From positions 1,922,001 to 1,986,000 of the forward strand of contig NW_027117345.1 of the NCBI RefSeq assembly GCF_038025025.1: 64,000 nucleotides of DNA. Direction: 5' to 3'. Position 1 is the first letter of the stretch; each line of letters starts with the position of its first letter. This DNA comes from Phyllosticta citribraziliensis (Eukaryota). The notes beneath the pieces were generated by a model. That model was not told where the DNA came from and did not search any database. It was given only the letters and a program-made list of their open reading frames with translations. Position numbers and translations under genes: made by a program. Below, piece after piece: positions 61,071 through 64,000 of this stretch.

Positions 61071-61603
61071 TTTGTGGCAGTTAAGACAACGGGCCAGACA
61101 GAGGCTTTAAGATTGGGATTCCACAGGGGTTGGTTGTGTTGTGGTGCGAAGAGGGAGGGTTGCGAAAGAAGTCGAGTTATGGCGTGAGGGGTAGTCTTAG
61201 CTGCTCAAGTGGGGCCATGCTTTTTTGAGACCCCGCATCGACAAGGCTACATCGGCCTATCATGGTCGCATCGAGAGTGGATATTGTGTATGAGAACAAT
61301 GAATTGGACGTGGTCGTGGACAAGTTGCCGAACTTGCCGCTGGATGGTTGGGGCCGATATCCTCCAAGCATTGCGTTACCGAAGCTAAACCGTGTTCGTC
61401 GTCAGTATGCATTCCGGCCGCGCCTTGAACTTGATCAAGTTGTTGTATTCGTGACTGTCTACCAACCAACATCTGATTTACATAGAAACCAAGCAGCCAT
61501 TATTGTCGTTTCCATGTCTCCTGGCCGATGCCGCATCCCAAACGTGAAGCGCGACTGCTTACTTGGGCTCGGCCAATACGACGACACTTTGTCTCATGTT
61601 GTC

Positions 61604-63761
61604 TCATCTCCTCTTGGGCTTTATCAGCTCGTTAAAAGCCTGCTCGATGCCCCTCTTCACCTCTCTATAGCTCACCACCAATACGCTCTGCTCATCTCTG
61701 CTGACCAAGGAAATTTTCTCGTCACTGGCTACGTCTAGCTTGTTGAGGCAGCTGATGACGTGCCCTAGGTCCACTACGGCATGGCCATTTGCATCGACTT
61801 GATGGAATACATAATCCCGGAATAGTTTGATGTAGTAGCGCTCGCCAGTCTCGGACCACTGAGGGTTGTTTTCGAATTCTGGGCGCTCATTGATGAAATT
61901 CAGCTTGGCCATTAGCCTTACAAGGCGGCCGTTCTCCAGCTCGCGTGCGAGGTTGGACGTCAGCGTGTCTTCGGCGCGAAAGGTATTGTCCAAGACCGCA
62001 GTCATCTTATCCGCAATTGACCCCAGGAAAAAGTTGATGTCTTTCGGCGTGGCCGTGGGGTTCTGAGGATTTGCTGGAGGGCTGAGAAGCCAAGAAACGC
62101 AGTCGACAAGATCCTTGCTATAACCTCGAGCCAAAAGGTCTAAAGCTTTGGGAGCGTTGACTGGACTGACTGTGTTGTTACCCGCTATCGTGACTACGAG
62201 ACGTCCGAGTTGGCTCAAGTCTTCTTGCTGAAGCTCAGGCAGCGGACGAATCGTGTCAAAATGAACCAGATCGAGAATGGCACAGCTGTTGAGTCGTATC
62301 CGATTCTTGGATGTGAGCAGGATTTTGGAAGGGTGTATCAGTCTCGCCGCCAAGTTGTGGCTGTGAATCGCTTTCAGCGCAGAGGCAATCTGAACAATGT
62401 AGCTCCAGAGCACGGATTCAGAAACCGTTTGCGGGTTGGCTCTGCCATGAAAGCCCCTAGCAGTCTGCAAATGCTGTTCTGAAAGAGTCTTTGAAAGTGG
62501 GTGATAGTCGGTCACGAAAATCAGCGAACTATCTCCAAAAGCCCGGGTGGTAAAGGCATCGTGAATGGCGACAATGCTTCCACTATCGACACGCTTCCAG
62601 GGCCGAACGGAGAAGATGGCTTGTTCGCTGGTCAAACGGTATCCCTCCAGTCTACGAAGGGTATAGGTAAGACCATCTTTGCCCGAGACTGCCTTGTAGA
62701 CCCAAGTGTGGTATCCAAAAAGGGTTGAATTCTTTTGATTGTTGGTGTCCAATGGTACCAGAGAATGAAAGTGATCGACGGCACTCGGGAGTGTCGAGTT
62801 GGGGAGGATTTGGCGAGTGGCTTCTGACTTGCGCTGCAAGTCTTCGCGCAAATGATCAGGGATAAAAAAATCATGCGACGTTTTCTGATAACCCAGGAGG
62901 TTCTCTGGATGGGGACCCATTGGCGCATATAGATGATATTGGATTGGCTGCGGGAAGCCGCCCACGGCGTTTTGGAAAAAGGCGGCGCCGCCCATTGTCG
63001 CCGCATCTTGGGTGTATGGATTCAACTGAGCCGCATGGTTTGCGGGACTCATGCCGCTCATGGCGGCAGGAGTGAAGTTGTCATATGGGTTGAGGGCCGC
63101 CGAAACGGCGCTTTCCCCCTAGAAGATGTTAGATCAGACCAGAGGTACATCGAGTCGAGCAGAAGGGAGAAACAAGTAGGCCATGATGGTGACCACGTCA
63201 AACAATTACGAGGCAGCAAACTGCCGTCTTTCCAAACGCGACCTGAAACCAAACGTACCTGAACGTCGAATCCCTGTGGCACAAACTCCTGAAACTCGTG
63301 CCCATGCCATTCGGGCGCGGGTTCTTTGGTATGGACAGGCGTGATTACGGTAGACTTGACATTGGATTTGGGAGTGAAGACGGCTGCATTGGCGGCCTTT
63401 GGAGATATGGTTGTAGCTCTCGGCGAGGATGCGGCGCCATTCGGGGCGGGTTGGAGGGGGGTGAAGGAGGGCGAGTCGACGTTGAAGCGCTTTTTGACGT
63501 TTTCGGATTGGGCAGACGCGATCTTGGACGGGTCGTGCTGGAAGACGCAGCCGTTGTGTTCGTGACGGCAGTGGCCATATATGGTGACGTTCCGACACAG
63601 TATGTTGCTTTTGGGGTTGTAGTCTGCGGGGCGACAGAGGTTAGCATGGGGTGGCAGCGATGGCGGACGTCGAGGCCATGATACCCACCGCGTCCCTTGT
63701 TTGGCCTGGGAGAAGCGACAGCCCGGCGGCTTTCACCCGGGCTTCCTCCAATTGCTGCCAT
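61604..63761 (-). CDS. PAN3: PAN2-PAN3 deadenylase subunit Pan3; 3 exons
   Basis: CCCH finger LCRNVTIYGHCRHEHNGCVFQH; KKRFNVDSPSFTP; YHLYAPMGPH; pseudokinase domain; RELENGRLVRL..WSETGERY..LFRDYVFHQVD. Confidence 0.96.
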
Positions 63762-64000
63762 CAGCGCTGAGAAGCTTCATGCAGCATGGTCAGCGGGCGT
63801 CGCGGGGAAGGCTAGGCGCGGAGGAGGGCGGCCGTGATGTCGCGGGTGCTGGGGCCGCCTGAGTCGGCGGTCGAGGTTTCGGAGCGGAGCAGCTGGAGAC
63901 GGCGTCGAGGAGGAGGAGGCGGCGGGGCGGACGAACAAAGCCCATCCATCAGGGGAGAGACGACAGCGTGCAGCAGAGCAGAGAAGAGCAGAGCAGAGGT

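Noticed and set aside
61604..63061. Degenerate kinase motifs in PAN3
   Set aside because: Pan3 is a well-known pseudokinase, so this is not novel.
1..64000. tRNA, rRNA, CRISPR arrays or autonomous transposase/RT genes
   Set aside because: None were recognised by eye; a tRNAscan/Rfam run would be needed to exclude small RNAs.

Overview
Gene-dense, GC-rich DNA with short spliceosomal introns (GT..CTRAC..YAG, mostly about 50 nt). It comes from a filamentous ascomycete; a Dothideomycete is my inference only. Recognisable genes in order: secreted PEBP-like protein, SDO1/SBDS, carboxypeptidase Y, secreted heme-thiolate peroxidase, CFEM/PTH11-like receptor, secreted GMC oxidoreductase, COX15, BTB-domain protein, DUF2235 (Tle1-like) hydrolase, second GMC oxidoreductase, second PTH11-like receptor, RSE1, MSS51, DHA1-type MFS transporter, nitrilase and PAN3. 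A 429-bp hAT-type MITE with perfect 15-bp TIRs and an 8-bp TSD lies at 29280-29708. The most unusual part is an island of about 12 kb (47.4-59.6 kb). It holds three tandem, diverged APH/AIM9-like kinase-fold paralogs that all lack the DFG-equivalent Asp, so they are probable pseudokinases. One copy has lost its mitochondrial-type presequence, and another has gained an intron plus microexon by tandem duplication. Four orphan ORFs follow the array. Also notable are a peroxidase + CFEM receptor + GMC module and a head-to-head PTH11-like/GMC arrangement that occurs twice. Exon boundaries were read by eye and no database search was run.
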